Assembly (NCBI GenBank): GCA_951406725.2 | Contig: OX597814.1 | Location: forward strand, 95,108,001 to 95,172,000 | Reading direction: 5' to 3' | DNA from: Octopus vulgaris | Taxonomy: Eukaryota | DNA: 64,000 nt | Translations under genes and position numbers: made by a program | Notes under the pieces: model-generated | The model's database searches: none | Told to the model about the DNA's origin: nothing | What the model saw: the letters and a program-made list of their open reading frames with translations, nothing else | Shown here: positions 48,929-62,180 of the stretch, one piece after another | Position numbering within the stretch: the first letter of the stretch is position 1 | How the letters are laid out: each line of letters opens with the position of its first letter

Positions 48929-51830
48929 TTTACAATCTAATGGATTTATTTCTGGTTGCAAGCTGGCTCAAAACTATTTCGCTACTAAAACTTCCCAATT
49001 TATCACTGAGTCGTCAGCAATCAGCAGGTGGACGAATGGCTGGTACTATCAAAATATGCAATTAACGTTGACACTATTCAAATTCAAATTACCAGTATTT
49101 TTATGCCATTTTTTAATTACTACTAATAAACCGTCCCAGATGTTTAAACAAAACCGAAATATCAAATGCTTAAACCAATACAGTTTCTGTATGAAAGATG
49201 TAATGCTGGTGTGTTTGTGTAACTGTTTTATATAGAAAATTATTTATATCTAAAAGAGAAATCATGCTTTGTTTTAATGTCTTTTTTCTTTCTTTTTTTT
49301 TTTTCCTGCAACCTAGAAAAGAAACAAAACTGTTGATTGATAGATACACAAAAATGAATTAAGAACATGATTGTGAGAAAATGGAGTGGGGAAAATGTAT
49401 TTCATTGATCTCCAGAAATTCAATCCAAGAAAACTCACTTCAATTTTTGAAATATGTATATTTATATATCTACACGTTCATTTAAAAAAAATATATATGG
49501 TATTTTTATTTTATTTTATTTTTTATTATTATTTTGTTCACAATTAAAAGGTGTTTTTTTTATAACGTAACATTATGGAAAGATATGAAACTTTCATATC
49601 AATTCAAACAGTTTACGTATTAAACATAACGTTTTGTATTAGTGTGCTCATATGAAACTTCTTTCCGCAAAACATTACATGACATAGATATAGAGCAATT
49701 TTGTTCACTTCCATTACTTTGAGATTGGTTAATCAATATTACTGATGGAAATATTTTCCAAGCAATTCAACAGTAGCAATGTTCTGTGCAGCCAGTTTTA
49801 TTTCTGTCAGCAAGTGAACATATACTTCATCTGGGATCTAACTTACAAACCTTTTTTGCTTACTGAAGCCCAATGTTCTTATCCGCCACAAAGCTTAAAA
49901 CATTGGTATTATGGAAAATAGTGTTGTAACTCGACCACATGTTCATAAGTTCAAATCCTATCTTCAGCAGGCTGCACATATTCTAATGACAAATACAGAC
50001 TAAAGTGCACCAGAAGCACTGACTTACTAAAATTCAGAAAAAAACATGAAGGTCTGAAAAAAATTTTTCCATCAATGTTGATATATTTTATTTGAGTAGT
50101 CCATACTTACAAATTTACAATGGTGACATACCTATTTGAATATCTCTAAATTATTTTTAAGAAATCACTCCTATTTCCCCCCCCCCCCCACTAAACAGCG
50201 AATATTTCAGATATGAATTGCTTATTACATTTCATGCATTGGAATTGGGTCTGGCTTATTGTTTGGAGTTTTGGGTCATTATAACATTCTTTGAGAGCCT
50301 TTTCATCTAAGTGTAAATTTTGAAATCAAGTTCTGCCTTTTAAAATCTTATCAAATAATTGGCTGCAATTTTTTTTTTTTTTTTTTTAACTGGAAAAATA
50401 TAATTATTTAAGTGATTTTTATGTAACTATTCAAATATTTCTCTCTATTTTTCACTTCTCTATCATTCAGTTTTGTTTATATGTTCTCATTTATTTTATG
50501 GTTCATATCAAGCACAATGGTGTGTCTGTGATCTACTTTCACTCATTAAAATGACCCTCATCACATTGAAAAAGGCATCTATCTCACAACTGCACATTTC
50601 CTTTCTTCATTTTAGTACTATGGCAAAGTACCAAACGTATATCAAAAATCATTATTTTATGGGTTCGCTCACAAATTTTTAATCTTAATCTGTGATATAT
50701 ATTTATATATAAATACATATATGTATGAATATTTATATATATGTGTATATATGTATGTATATATATATATATATGTATATGTATATGTGTGTATATGTGT
50801 ATGTATATTTATATATGTAATAGATTAGTTTGCCCATGATATATTTGTTTTAATACATGAAGGAAGAGGCTGGGAGGGTATCTGTTTTTATATTTCATGT
50901 TTCTGTTGGCAGAAACATGACGAATGGACAAGTGCTTCTGAAACACAAGACATGCTTCTCCATTCATTCATATAGATGATTTGTTCATTATATTCTGAGG
51001 GACATCAGTATCATGAATTTCATGTCAGAAGTGTAGTCCAAGCCACTTCACAAACATTAATATTGCCTTTGAAAGGGCATAAACCTCACCCGATTTCATT
51101 CCCTTTTCACCCATACGGTTTTGTGCCTATTCATAAACAAAAGATTGTTTGTTAAAAGCAATCACGACAGATAGGCTAATATTTTGATTTATAACTTTTT
51201 TTTTTCCTCCTTCTTAAATCAAACTGATGGATCACAAGCTGCGGGTACACTGAATTTTTATTCCTCAGAAACAATGATGACTTACGCAGTATATTACTGG
51301 TATTTATTTCAGTGCACTTACCCACTCCCACCCACAACTCTTTCCTGCTGCCTTTTTTCAGTTATAACATGGTTATCCATTCACAACTATGAGACATCTC
51401 AAACCTGTTGCTTTGCTGCTGAACCAACATCTTTATATATATTGCATGGATCAGAATATATGTAATATTTGGGTTGAATGTTGAGCATGGGAAACAAAGA
51501 GACAAAAAAAAAAAATGAGAGAGAAAGAGAGAGAGAGAGATTTAGTTTTCTACCTCACTCAATTTTTTTTTTTTTTTTTTATTGTTGCTGCCGTACTGCC
51601 AACTATTATATATTAATTTTCAGACCAATCTTGAATAACTTTCAAAATTAATAACTGTCTTTCACATTGAAAAAAAAAGAAAATGTTCAATACATTATAC
51701 CCATTCTGCTTTCACTGAAACCAAAATCTCATAGATCCTTTAAAAAAATTAAAAGAAGAAGAAAAAAAAAATGATTGAAAACAAAAAAAAAAAGAGAATA
51801 AAATATTTGTAAGAATAAAAGGTATATTTT
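48929..51830 (+). other. Probable long 3' UTR of the SMIM13-like gene
   Basis: About 2.9 kb, AT-rich and almost free of transposons, ending at AATAAA motifs near 51797 and 51814 followed by a T-rich tract. Confidence 0.45.
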
Positions 51831-52155
51831 TTGTTCTTTTCATTTCTTTTTATTGATGAAGATTTCTCAGCAAATGAAATCAGTTGACCAAAAGTATTCA
51901 GGTCTTTCACTCAAAATGTTTTCATATTTCAATAGGGGAGAAAAAAAGTTCTATTTTATTTCTATATCTTTGCCAGGCCTAGCTGTGTGGTAAGAAATTT
52001 ACTTCCCAACCACATAGCTTTAAGTTCAGTCCCTCTGCCTGGAACCTTGGGCAAGTGTATTCTACTCTGTCTTCAGGGTGATAAGTAGATTTGAGAGATG
52101 GAAATTGAAAGAAGCCCATATATATATATATATACACATATGTTTGTAAGTATGT

Positions 52156-52530
52156 AGGTGGCCGTGTGATAAGAAGCTCGCTTCTCAGCCACATGATTCT
52201 GGGTTCAGTCCCACTGTGGCACCTTGAGCAAGGGTCTTCTACTATAGCCTCAAGCCGACCAAAGCCTTGTGAGTGGATTTGGTAGGTGAAAACTGAAAGA
52301 AGCCCATTATATATATATAAATATGTGTGTGTGGTGTTTGTCCCTCATCACCACTTGACAACCAGTGTTGGTGTGTTTACATCCCCATAATTTAGCAGTT
52401 GGCAAAAGTGACCAATAGAATAAGTACTAAGCTTAAAAAAAATAATTCCTGGGGTCAATTTGTTTGACTAAAACCCTTCAAGGTGGTGCTCCAGTTTAGC
52501 CACAGTCAAATGACTGAAACAAGTAAAAGA
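52156..52530 (+). mobile_element. tRNA-derived SINE, family B (partial tandem copies at ~51975-52130 and ~52550-52695)
   Basis: Full-length match to the other family B copies. Confidence 0.82.
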
Positions 52531-53869
52531 ATGTGCATGTATTTGTATTTGACTAGTATCACTGCTTCACAACTGGTATTGATGTGTTTACCTGCTCATA
52601 ACTTAGTGGGTCAGCAAAAGAAAACAATAGAGTAAGTACCAGATTTTAAAAAAAACAAATCCTGGGCTCAATTTGTTTGACTAAAACTCTTCAATGAATA
52701 AAAAAGTTAATGGTAGAAATTGAATACAGGTTAATTCTAAAGATCCAGCTTTTAATGACATCACTTTATTTTATCAAATTTGCCATAGAGGCAGTACATA
52801 GAGGGTTAGCTTTGCGTACTGGACAAGACATTAATGAGGCGAATCATAAAAATGGGAGAAGACAAAGTGCCTGCCGACCCTCTGCTTCTCTATAACATTG
52901 TTCTCTTAAAAAGACACATCTTGAGGTAATAACCCTCTTACAGAAATAACAACAATATTAATGCACACTACAGCGCTAGGCCTATTCTTTTTCGCCCCCA
53001 ACCAGGCTGTGGGCTGCCCCAGATCCCAGTAGGGGTCCCAACTCATAATTCTGTACAAGTCCTTCATAAAGGAGCCCACCACCATTGACATGTTGGCCTC
53101 CGACATGACCTTCGCAGTCAAGGCTAAGGGCTCCTCCTTCAAACCTCGCTTCCTTAGGAAGCTTTCTATTGCTCCTCCCTTCAGAAAGAATACGACAAAC
53201 TCATCTTCCCTCCTGGGATGGTCCACTGCTCCTTCTGTCGGTGGCACACTTCCCACCGACAGGGTTTCATGACATTACTTGCTCTACCTATTTCCAAGAA
53301 AGCTATTACCTCCTTTCTTCAAGAACTCTCAACTTTTCCATAAAAATGGGAATATTTAATTGGTCGCAATTTAAGGCAGTGAGCTAGCAGAACCATTGGC
53401 ACGTCAGGCAAAATGTTTAGCAACATTTTGTCCATCTCTACATTCAAATTCCGCCAAAGTCAACTTTGCTTTTCATCCTTTTTTGGAGTCAATAAAATAA
53501 GTATCAGTTGAGTAATGTTATTGACAAGCCTTCTCCCACAAAATAGCTGGCATTGTGCCAAGCTGGGCAAAATGCTTAGTAGCATTTCATTCTTCATGTT
53601 CTGAGCCCAAATTCTTTCAGGGACCAATAAAATAAGTACCAGTTAAGAAAGTAAGGTCAATGTAATTGATTCCCTTGCCCTTACTTGCTGACCTTGTGCC
53701 AAAATTTGAAATCACTATTTAATTGGTTGATGTGGCTGTGGTAAGAAGTTTGCATCCCAACTGCATGGTTCCCGGTTCAGTCCCATTGCATGGCACATTG
53801 GAAAAGTGTCTACTACTATTGGCCAACCGAAGCCTTATGAGTGAATTTGCTAGACAGAAACTGTAAGAA

Positions 53870-54086
53870 GGCGGCAAGCTGGCAGAAATGTTAGCCTGCC
53901 AGGCGAAATGCTTAGTGGTATTTTGTCTGCTGCTACATTCTGAGTTCAAATTATGCCAAGGTCGACTTTGCCATTCATCCTTTCGGGGTCAATAAATTAA
54001 GTACCAGTTACGCACTGGGGTCGATGTAATCGACTTAATCCGTTTGTCCCCTCTATGTTTAGCCCCTTGTGGGCAATAAAGAAATA
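53870..54086 (+). mobile_element. SINE family A nested in a family B SINE (~53725-54260)
   Basis: 14-bp TSD AGAAACTGTAAGAA at 53856-53869 and 54087-54100. Confidence 0.9.
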
Positions 54087-54699
54087 AGAAACTGTAAGAA
54101 GCCAGTTGTGTGTGTGTCTATGTTTCATAGCTTGGCTTGTTTACATCTCCGTAACTTAGCTGTTCGCCAGAAGTGATCGATATAAGTACTGATTGTCAAT
54201 ATCTCCTACTAAAACGTTTCAAGGCGATGCACCATCACGGCGCCAGTTCAATGACTAGAACATGTTGCAAGATACAGACGTGCTTTAATGAAATTTCCAT
54301 CAATTTTCCGGTGTTACCTCCCTTAGTCTGGTACCCCCCTCTCCTTCCTGTCCTAAGGGAGATAAATACATGGCATTTGTCTTGATAGCGATATAGTAAC
54401 TTGCGAGGACTGTCTAGCATGGGTATAGGCGGATATTAGAATTTCAAGCATTTTCATCCATTAATACTTACATTCGATCACGAAATGCTTAAATAATTGA
54501 CTTTTTCTTTTATTTGCTATATCATTACATTTGGGGAACACATCTATGTGTGTGTGTGAGTGCATATATTGTATATACAAAGATTTCCGGGCAATGGACA
54601 TCAGTTAAAATAAAACAGTAATAAACGAGTGAAGAATGAATATATAATATGTGTGTTTATTTGGCAAAAAAAAAAAAATGATCATCCCGAAATACAACA

Positions 54700-55650
54700 T
54701 ATTGGTCATCCCACAGATAACGTGGTTTTTTTAAAATATATATTTCTCTTTTTTTCAAAATTAAGATAAAGATCTTTTTTACTCTAAAATATTCATTCCT
54801 ACAATGCTCTTCCACCTATCTGGTAGACTTGCAAGGTCCCTCTTCCAAAATTCACTTGTCCGTGACGAAAAATACTCCTCATCTACAGAATTCATATTTT
54901 TTCTGTCCAAATGATTTTGGAGACTGCGGAATAAATGATAATCAGAAGGAGCAATGTCTAGCGAATATGGTGGGTGGGGCATCGTTTCCCAATCAAACTG
55001 CTCCAGACTTTGGAATGTCATCCTCGCTGTATGTGGCCGAGCATTATCCTGGTGGAAGAACACTTTTCGTCTTGAAACCAAGAATGGTCGTTTTTTCTTC
55101 TAGCGCTGATGTAAGCTGCTCGCATTAGATCTCTTTTGTTATCGTTTGGTTTGGGTTTAAAAGTTCAAAGCGAACTGAACCTTTCATATCCCACCAGATA
55201 GCAATACCTAACGTAGGTGACCTTTAGTCTGGGGTACTGGTGTTTCTCCTTTCCCTGCCCACTGTCTTCGGCGCTTAACATTTTCATAGAGAACCCATTT
55301 CTCGTCACCCGTTACTATTCGGTCCAAAAAAGGTTCATTCGTGGGATGTGACAGCAAAGAAGAATACACATTCATTCCCTACACATGATTAGACTCGGAA
55401 ACTTTATGAGGAACTCATTGATGCAACTTGCTGACTTTTACGGTGGTACGCAGGTGTCAACGAACGGTTAAATGGCCAAATCCAAGCTTCTCTGCTTGTT
55501 CCTCAACACTTACGATGGGATTTTGTTTCACCAGGGTTTGCAGGACATCCTCGTCGAGCTCTACAGATCTTCCAGGATGAGGCTCGTCTTCAAGGCTGTA
55601 GTTTCGCGCTCGGAATTTCTGGAACCACTGTTAACACTGGCTTACGCTTA
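54700..55650 (-). mobile_element. 5'-truncated mariner remnant
   Basis: RIVTGDEKW, HQDNARPH and HPPYSLDIAPSDYHLF motifs; many frameshifts. Confidence 0.85.
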
Positions 55651-56082
55651 TTGTGTGTAACAACTCCCCCACAAACAAGAAGCAGTTGAGGGAGAGAACA
55701 AGTTTGGCTAGAAGAAGTGTGAACGTGTCAGGTTGGGGGTTGGGTCGAATATATATTGTTATGCCTGGGGAGAGTCATTCTCATGCATCAACACATGAAC
55801 ACACATAAAGAATCTTGTAAACCAAATCCAAAAACGATATATATATAAATAGATGAGTGTATTTTTACCTTGTTAACAATTAACATGGAAAAAATAAATA
55901 GTTACTAGGGCAGCAAAAATCTCGAATAAGTGTCAAAAGTAAAAATATTTGATTACACCTGTGTTAACTCCATTTTTTTATTCATATATATATATATATA
56001 TATTTTAAGTTCTTGGTGTCGTATTAAATGCTTCAGATAACAAAAGATGTGTTGTTTATATATATATATATATATCTATGCA

Positions 56083-56755
56083 TTTAATGCGACACCACGA
56101 ACTTAAAAGATTTATCCAAAAACGTTATTTAGCTGTTATTTTTAGCACCACCTTGAACTGAATGATGAAGCAAGTCTCTCCGCACATATTTCCATAGCAT
56201 AGCTGTTATAATCAACAGCTGTGCAATGGTTCATTCCCAGTTCTTCAACATAAAACCGGACTGAAGTCAATTCCTTAACCGATGAGTAAAGGAATAGCAC
56301 TACAGTCCTAAAAGGAAGAGTGCCACCTTCAAACCATGTGTCTTTCCTCATTGACACAAACTCCACGCATCCTTGGCGCAAGCATCGCCAGTACACATTC
56401 TCACCTCATCTTCTTGTACTCATAACATGCTTCTTCCTTTTACATAATTTTCTTCTTAGGTATAACACCCTTTTCTTGTAGGTACGACACAACATCCTCC
56501 CCTGTTCTCACCATAGTCTTCACCATAGATGGTTACTGGAGATTTCTGCCATAATCAAATAGACAGGTAAAATTTCCAGATGGATAAAACAGTGGAACAC
56601 AGCTTCAACAAGTGATTTCAATATATTTGTCAACAGATAGGTAAAATTTCCAGGTGGTTAAAACAGTAGAATACACCGTCAGCAAGTGGTTTAATGCGAC
56701 ACCACGAACTTAAAAGATTTATCCAAAAACGTTATTTAGCTGTTATTTTTAGCAC
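56083..56755 (-). mobile_element. Merlin/ISXO2-like transposase fragment between 66-bp direct repeats
   Basis: WRC..C..SMRKDTWFE...ELG...TAVDY pattern; exact repeats at 56083-56148 and 56690-56755. Confidence 0.6.
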
Positions 56756-56854
56756 GCCTCACAACCACCTAAATGACAAAAAAAAAAAGAAAGAACGAGT
56801 AAACAACATGTTTTTTGTAGTTCACACAAACCTTTTTTCAGATGCTGTCCAGTT

Positions 56855-57660
56855 TACAACTTCAGAGCTGCTAAAATGAAAGATAAATTTGGTGAGAATG
56901 ATGAAATGTTATAATGGAGGTCTGTAGATGTGTGCTGTGTGCAAGAAATGAAATGGAGGGGAGCCTCAGCTAAACTTATCTTCAGCAAGATCGAAACTGG
57001 AGATTGGGCTCATGGACATCGAAAGCTTCATTTTCATGATCATCTAAAGCGGTCTTTCATTTCATGAGGTGTCGCTCTCGGTCAGTTTGAGGTTCTGGCT
57101 GTTAAGCGGAAAGCATGGAAATCCGTGTGTGATGCTAGAGTAGAAGCGTCTTTCAGTTTCCATCAACTCACAAGGTTTTGGAAATCTACACAAGGCTTTA
57201 GAAATCTCACAGGGCTATGGAAACACTTTTCAAGGTGGCGGGCAGTGGGACTGAGCATAGAGTCATGTCATTGCGAAGCAAACTTCTTACTACACAACCA
57301 CGCCTGTACCTCGCTGATACTCAATAAATACAGAATATAATAAATACATATGGGCATCTTCAAATTTAGTTGACTTCTGTAAATATCTCATAACTGTAAG
57401 AGAAGGCTTTAGCTAAGTGTAAGTCAACTCTACCTTGCATTTGTTTATCTGAAGAAGTGATGAAAGCTATGTACAGAGATACAATCAACAATGTGAAAAT
57501 TGTCAATGGGATGCAAGTAGGCGTTCTTAAGCCACTAAGATGGTTGTTCATGGGAATTCCAATATATTAATTAAAAAAGCAGACAAGGTTCTGTTACCAT
57601 CAATGAAATGGCCATACTCCATATGCAGAAAAGCCCTGGGTAGGTACTCCATACACTGTG
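56855..57660 (+). mobile_element. Highly deleted old RTE copy (endonuclease start, RT and finger remnants)
   Basis: VDVCCVQEMKWRGASAKL (APE N-terminus), YLAFV, KAMYRD and WPYSICRK fragments. Confidence 0.6.
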
Positions 57661-57694
57661 GTCTATGGGTGCCCCCAGAAAAGGGTACAGAGAA

Positions 57695-57927
57695 GATGAC
57701 GAGCTAGCAGAAACGTTAGCACGCCGGGTGAAATGCTTAGCAATACTTCGTCTGCCATTACATTCTGAGTTCAAATTCTGCCAAGGTTGACTTTGCATTT
57801 CATCCTTTCGGAGTCAATTAAATAAGTACCAGTTACACACTGGGGTCGATGTAATCGACTTAATCCCTTTGTCTGTCCATGTTTGTCTCCTCTGTGTTTA
57901 GCCCCTTGTGGGCAGTAAAGAAATAAG
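57695..57927 (+). mobile_element. tRNA-derived SINE, family A
   Basis: Matches the family A head, core and tail. Confidence 0.85.
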
Positions 57928-58689
57928 AATACCAGCAGGTTTGTAACAATTAGACTTTGTATTTAGCCCATGTGCAAGAGCAGTTAGCACTAAGACCACA
58001 AGTAAAATAAATTCTTTTTGGTGCTTAGAATATTTCATAGAAGTATATATATATATATATGTGTGCTCCAGCATAGCCACTGCCAAATAACTGAAACAAG
58101 TAAAGCAATAAAACAATGTTTGTGTGTGTGTACGGCTGGCTTCTTTCAGCTTCCGTTTACCAAATCCACTCACAAGGCTTTGGTTGGCCTGAGCCTATAG
58201 AAAAAGACAGCTGCTCAAGGTGTCATACAGTGAGACTGAACCCAGAACCATGTGGTTGAGAAGCAAGTTTCTTATCACACAGCTACGTCTATATATATGC
58301 AGGGTCCATTTATATGCATGTGCAATTCTGTTTTCTGCTCCAGTGCTTAATACACACGACAGGCTTTCACACAGTTTCTCAATTCCTTTGCAAAGCACTT
58401 GAGTATGTTAGAAGATAACACTGCAAAAGAAAATATGCTGGAAATGAACTTTAATTGCAAATCCTGCCATGCATAGTTTTGTGCATGCAGGGCAAAATCA
58501 TAATCTCTGTTGTTAAAACATGGGATTCCAAAACAATTTTAACAAAATAATAAAACAAAGAGGGATGGACAGACATCTTCTGCTTCTTAACAGCTTATAC
58601 TTACTAATTCTTGATTCAGGCCAACACTACTTTGCTTGGATCCCAATTTTTACATGCGTGTATGAACTAGTACATATAGGCCTTTTTTC

Positions 58690-58820
58690 TGTGAAAAGTT
58701 TGGCAGAGGCTCCCCTCCATTTCATCTCTTGAACACAGCACACATCTGCAGACCTCCATTCTAACATTTCAACAATCTCACCAGAATTACCTTTCATTCT
58801 ACCAGCTCTGAAGTTTTAAA
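58690..58820 (-). mobile_element. RTE endonuclease N-terminal fragment
   Basis: Reverse-complement homolog of ~56855-56980. Confidence 0.6.
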
Positions 58821-59496
58821 CTGGACAGCATCTGAAAAAAAGGTTTGTGTGAACATTTGCTTAACTGTGATGGTCTTTTGTACATATCCAAATAATTATC
58901 CACATACTACTGCTCAATGAATTACCATATGCCCCAAATCCTGATATTCTTAGTTATTTTTTTACATTTAAAGTATTACAACATCAATGTATTTGAACCA
59001 TTGCACAAAAATGTTGCTAGAGGTGAAATTCAGAAATCTGAGTCAACCCAATATGTATAATAAATATGATTCATGATTTCATAAAATTTAACAACCTTTA
59101 ACACCCAAAACTTTATTTATATACATACATGTGTGTGTGTTATCTTATTCTATGGCTTGTTTCAGTTACTGGACTGTGGCCATGCTGGGACACTGCATTG
59201 AAGGATTTAGTCAGACAATACCAATAAGCATTTTAAGTTTGCTGCTTATTCTATCACCCCCCCCCCTTTTGCCAAGTTTCTAAATTACAAGGATATTAAG
59301 CCAACCAAAACTAGAAGACAAATAGTGTGGGGAAACAAACACAAACATGCACACACACAAAGCTTCTACATAGCTTTTGTTAATCAAATTCAGTTTACAA
59401 TGATGAATCATAAAGTGGCTTAATAAGATGCGCCAATGACAATGACATATTGTATTACAGGTCATAAGATATGACCATTTATCCAGGTATAGAATA

Positions 59497-60008
59497 CTGT
59501 AAATCCTCGAGTATAGTCCACCCTTGAGTATAATATGCAAGGGATTTTAAGGGGGCTGTACCTCTGATAAACCTAAACCTTTTGTATAATATGTACCCCT
59601 TCTCTAACTTGAGTCAAGGAGGTCTATACAACGTCCTTGGTTTGTAAAAATGTATACAGTAAAGTACTTTATTATTATTGTATATATAACATTATGCAAA
59701 CGTGTAGCTTTTTTGTGCATTTTGTTTGCAGAAAATAAAGAAATAACAGTAATAACGTTTAATAAATGTTGCTTACTGCAAGTTATGGATGATTCTTTTA
59801 TGACTTCATTGCTTTCAGGCTTAGCTTAAGGTATTTTTGCGCCCGACTTCACAAAATGCACCTGAATAAACATTGCCGGACAGCAAATAGAGACTCGGAC
59901 ATTGCTTAGAAAATAATTTTCATTTTTAACCTTGTATATAGTACGCACTATGGATTTTGACCTTTAAATTTTGAGAAAAAAATGCGGATTATACTCGAGG
60001 ATTTACGG
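59497..60008. mobile_element. Tc2/pogo-like MITE
   Basis: TA|CTGTAAATCCTCGAGTATA ... TATACTCGAGGATTTACGG|TA. Confidence 0.85.
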
Positions 60009-60984
60009 TAGTTGAAATATTTTATATAAAAAAATAGAAGCAAATTCTACAACCCCAACACTTTCATACTAATCAAGGTGCTCAAATTTTATTACAACTC
60101 CTGTCATAACTCTAGTGAAGCAGATAACTTTGCTTGCCTCAGTCCTCCTTAGCTCTTTAATGCTTTCTACTCCTATTTTACCCATATCATCATCATTTAA
60201 TTTTTTTTTTCCACAATTGCATGGATCAAACAGAATTTGTTGGGGCAGATTTTCTATGACTGGATGCTCTTCCTATCACCAACCCTTACCTGTTTCCATG
60301 CAAGGTAATATTTTCCCATGGCCAAACATGCTTTCATGGAAGACTGGAGATGAACAATATTGCTTGAATCATAGTGATGCTTGTTTACAAACATTACATG
60401 ATGTCAAGACAAGGGTACATGAAAACACATAACTACATAGATTCATTATCATCATCATCATCATCATCATCATTTAATGCCAGTTTCCCATGCTGGCATC
60501 GGTTGGACAGTTTGATAGGTGCTGATAAGGCCAGGGCAGAATTTGAACTCAGAACAAATAACAAGGAGCATTCTTTCAAATATTCTAATGATCCTGTCAT
60601 TTTTTCCCCTAAAACATTGCATAAAATAATTTTGAAAAACAAAGGATTCATTATTACTCTCTCAAAAAGTAAAAAAAAATTTAAATAATTAAAAACTCAG
60701 GAAATAGTGTAAAATGAAAATTAATATTTGTCACCATAGTCTAATACTGAGTTTGTGCAATATTCCTGGTAAATAAAGTTTATTAATTCTCTTCAGGTGT
60801 TCCCTAGTACCATTTGAAATCTGTAGACAAAAGCCAGGGATTCTTTGGGTAGAATACAAAGGAATTCATTGCAAGTATGTGATTTCAAACATTTCATTCA
60901 ATTACAAGAAACAAAACAAAACATGAAGGATATTAATTATTTAATACGATTTACACACACACATATATATATATAGTGTACATT

Positions 60985-61031
<47 letters not shown>

Positions 61032-61202
61032 GCATATGCATATAAATGCATGTGTTCTAGAATAAATAAGCCAGCACAAGTACAAAAAAATGAAAAAAAT
61101 CGAAGAAAAAAGTTTTCCTTCTGTATTTTGTTTTTGATGTGTGTATGAGTATTTTGTATTTTTCTTTCTTTTTTTTTTTTGTCGTTTGTGAAGAATAATT
61201 TA

Positions 61203-61322
61203 TCAAAAGAAGTTTTTTATGTAATTGCTGATCAGTTGTACCCAAATTGGTACATATCTGTCCTTTCTTTTGAATGTGGTTTCTGAAACAATGTCAGAAC
61301 TCTGGAACAGATGTACATGTTC
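61203..61322 (-). CDS. Candidate terminal coding exon of an unidentified minus-strand gene
   Basis: Strong T-rich tract plus CAG acceptor at 61325-61323; open in two frames; AATAAA at 60784-60779; no family recognised. Confidence 0.3.
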   Translation of the reverse strand, partial: EHVHLFQSSDIVSETTFKRKDRYVPIWVQLISNYIKNFF

Positions 61323-61384
61323 CTGGAAAAAACAAGTAAATAAATGAATAAATAAACGAATAAATAAGATAAAACAAAATTTAA

Positions 61385-61604
61385 CCCTTTAGCATTCAGA
61401 TTTCTGTGTCAAATGTAATGTTTATTTGTTTACATTGATTTGAATTAGTCATGCATTACCTTGTAGCTTTAGGATTTCAATGACATGATTGTTAATTTTT
61501 AGAATATTATTGTAAGGTAAATGTGAGAGGCTGGATCTGGCCAATCTGAAGATAAAACAGGTAGATTATTTTGGCCAGATATGGCCGGTTTAAATGCTAA
61601 AGGG
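61385..61604. mobile_element. TTAA-type MITE (second family; partial copy at ~17467)
   Basis: TTAA|CCCTTTAGCATT ... AATGCTAAAGGG|TTAA. Confidence 0.85.
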
Positions 61605-61640
61605 TTAAATATATCGAAGTGATAAACAGAAAAAAAAACA

Positions 61641-62180
61641 CAGTAACACCTCACTTTACGAGGACCCACTTTACAAGACACTGGGTTTACGAGTTTTATT
61701 TTTCAACTCTCTTTTGTATGATCTGAAATTTTTGAAGCACAAAATCCAAATTTTGAATGAAGTGCAAAAGTTTCTACTACCATAACAAATGCTGCTGCGT
61801 GTTACCAAGAAATTTATGGAGAGCGAAAAACAGCTTCTTCTTCTAAGCAAACAACTCTAGACTTGTTTTTTAAAAAGAAATCTACAAGTCCGTCTACAAG
61901 TGCTTGTGAATCAGCAATTGTGTCTACATGTGAAATGGTGTGCATGCGTCTAGTATGAGTGAATGTGATTCAGAAAATTTTAATAATAATAATATTTTTT
62001 ATTATAAATGATCTAGACATTCTTTTTAGATTATATAAAAGATTCTTTACACTCTGCTGTTATTTCATTGCTACTGATTTATGAGTATCATAAATATTAT
62101 AAGTGAAGTATTTTTCTGGGAACAAATTACAATTTATAGCATTGCTAGTATGGGAAATTATTGCTTTGCTTAACCAGTGA
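61641..62180 (+). mobile_element. Tigger/pogo-like deletion derivative
   Basis: CAGTAACACCTCACTTTACG terminus; YQEIYGE...KQTTLDLFFKK C-terminal remnant. Confidence 0.5.

Noticed and set aside
48732-49235. 167-aa ORF overlapping SMIM13 exon 2
   Set aside because: It starts at a TTG inside the intron polypyrimidine tract, is in a different frame from the conserved peptide, and has no recognisable features.
52906-53340. 116-aa minus-strand ORF as a host gene exon
   Set aside because: No convincing splice context or family match; more likely a retroelement fragment, left unassigned.
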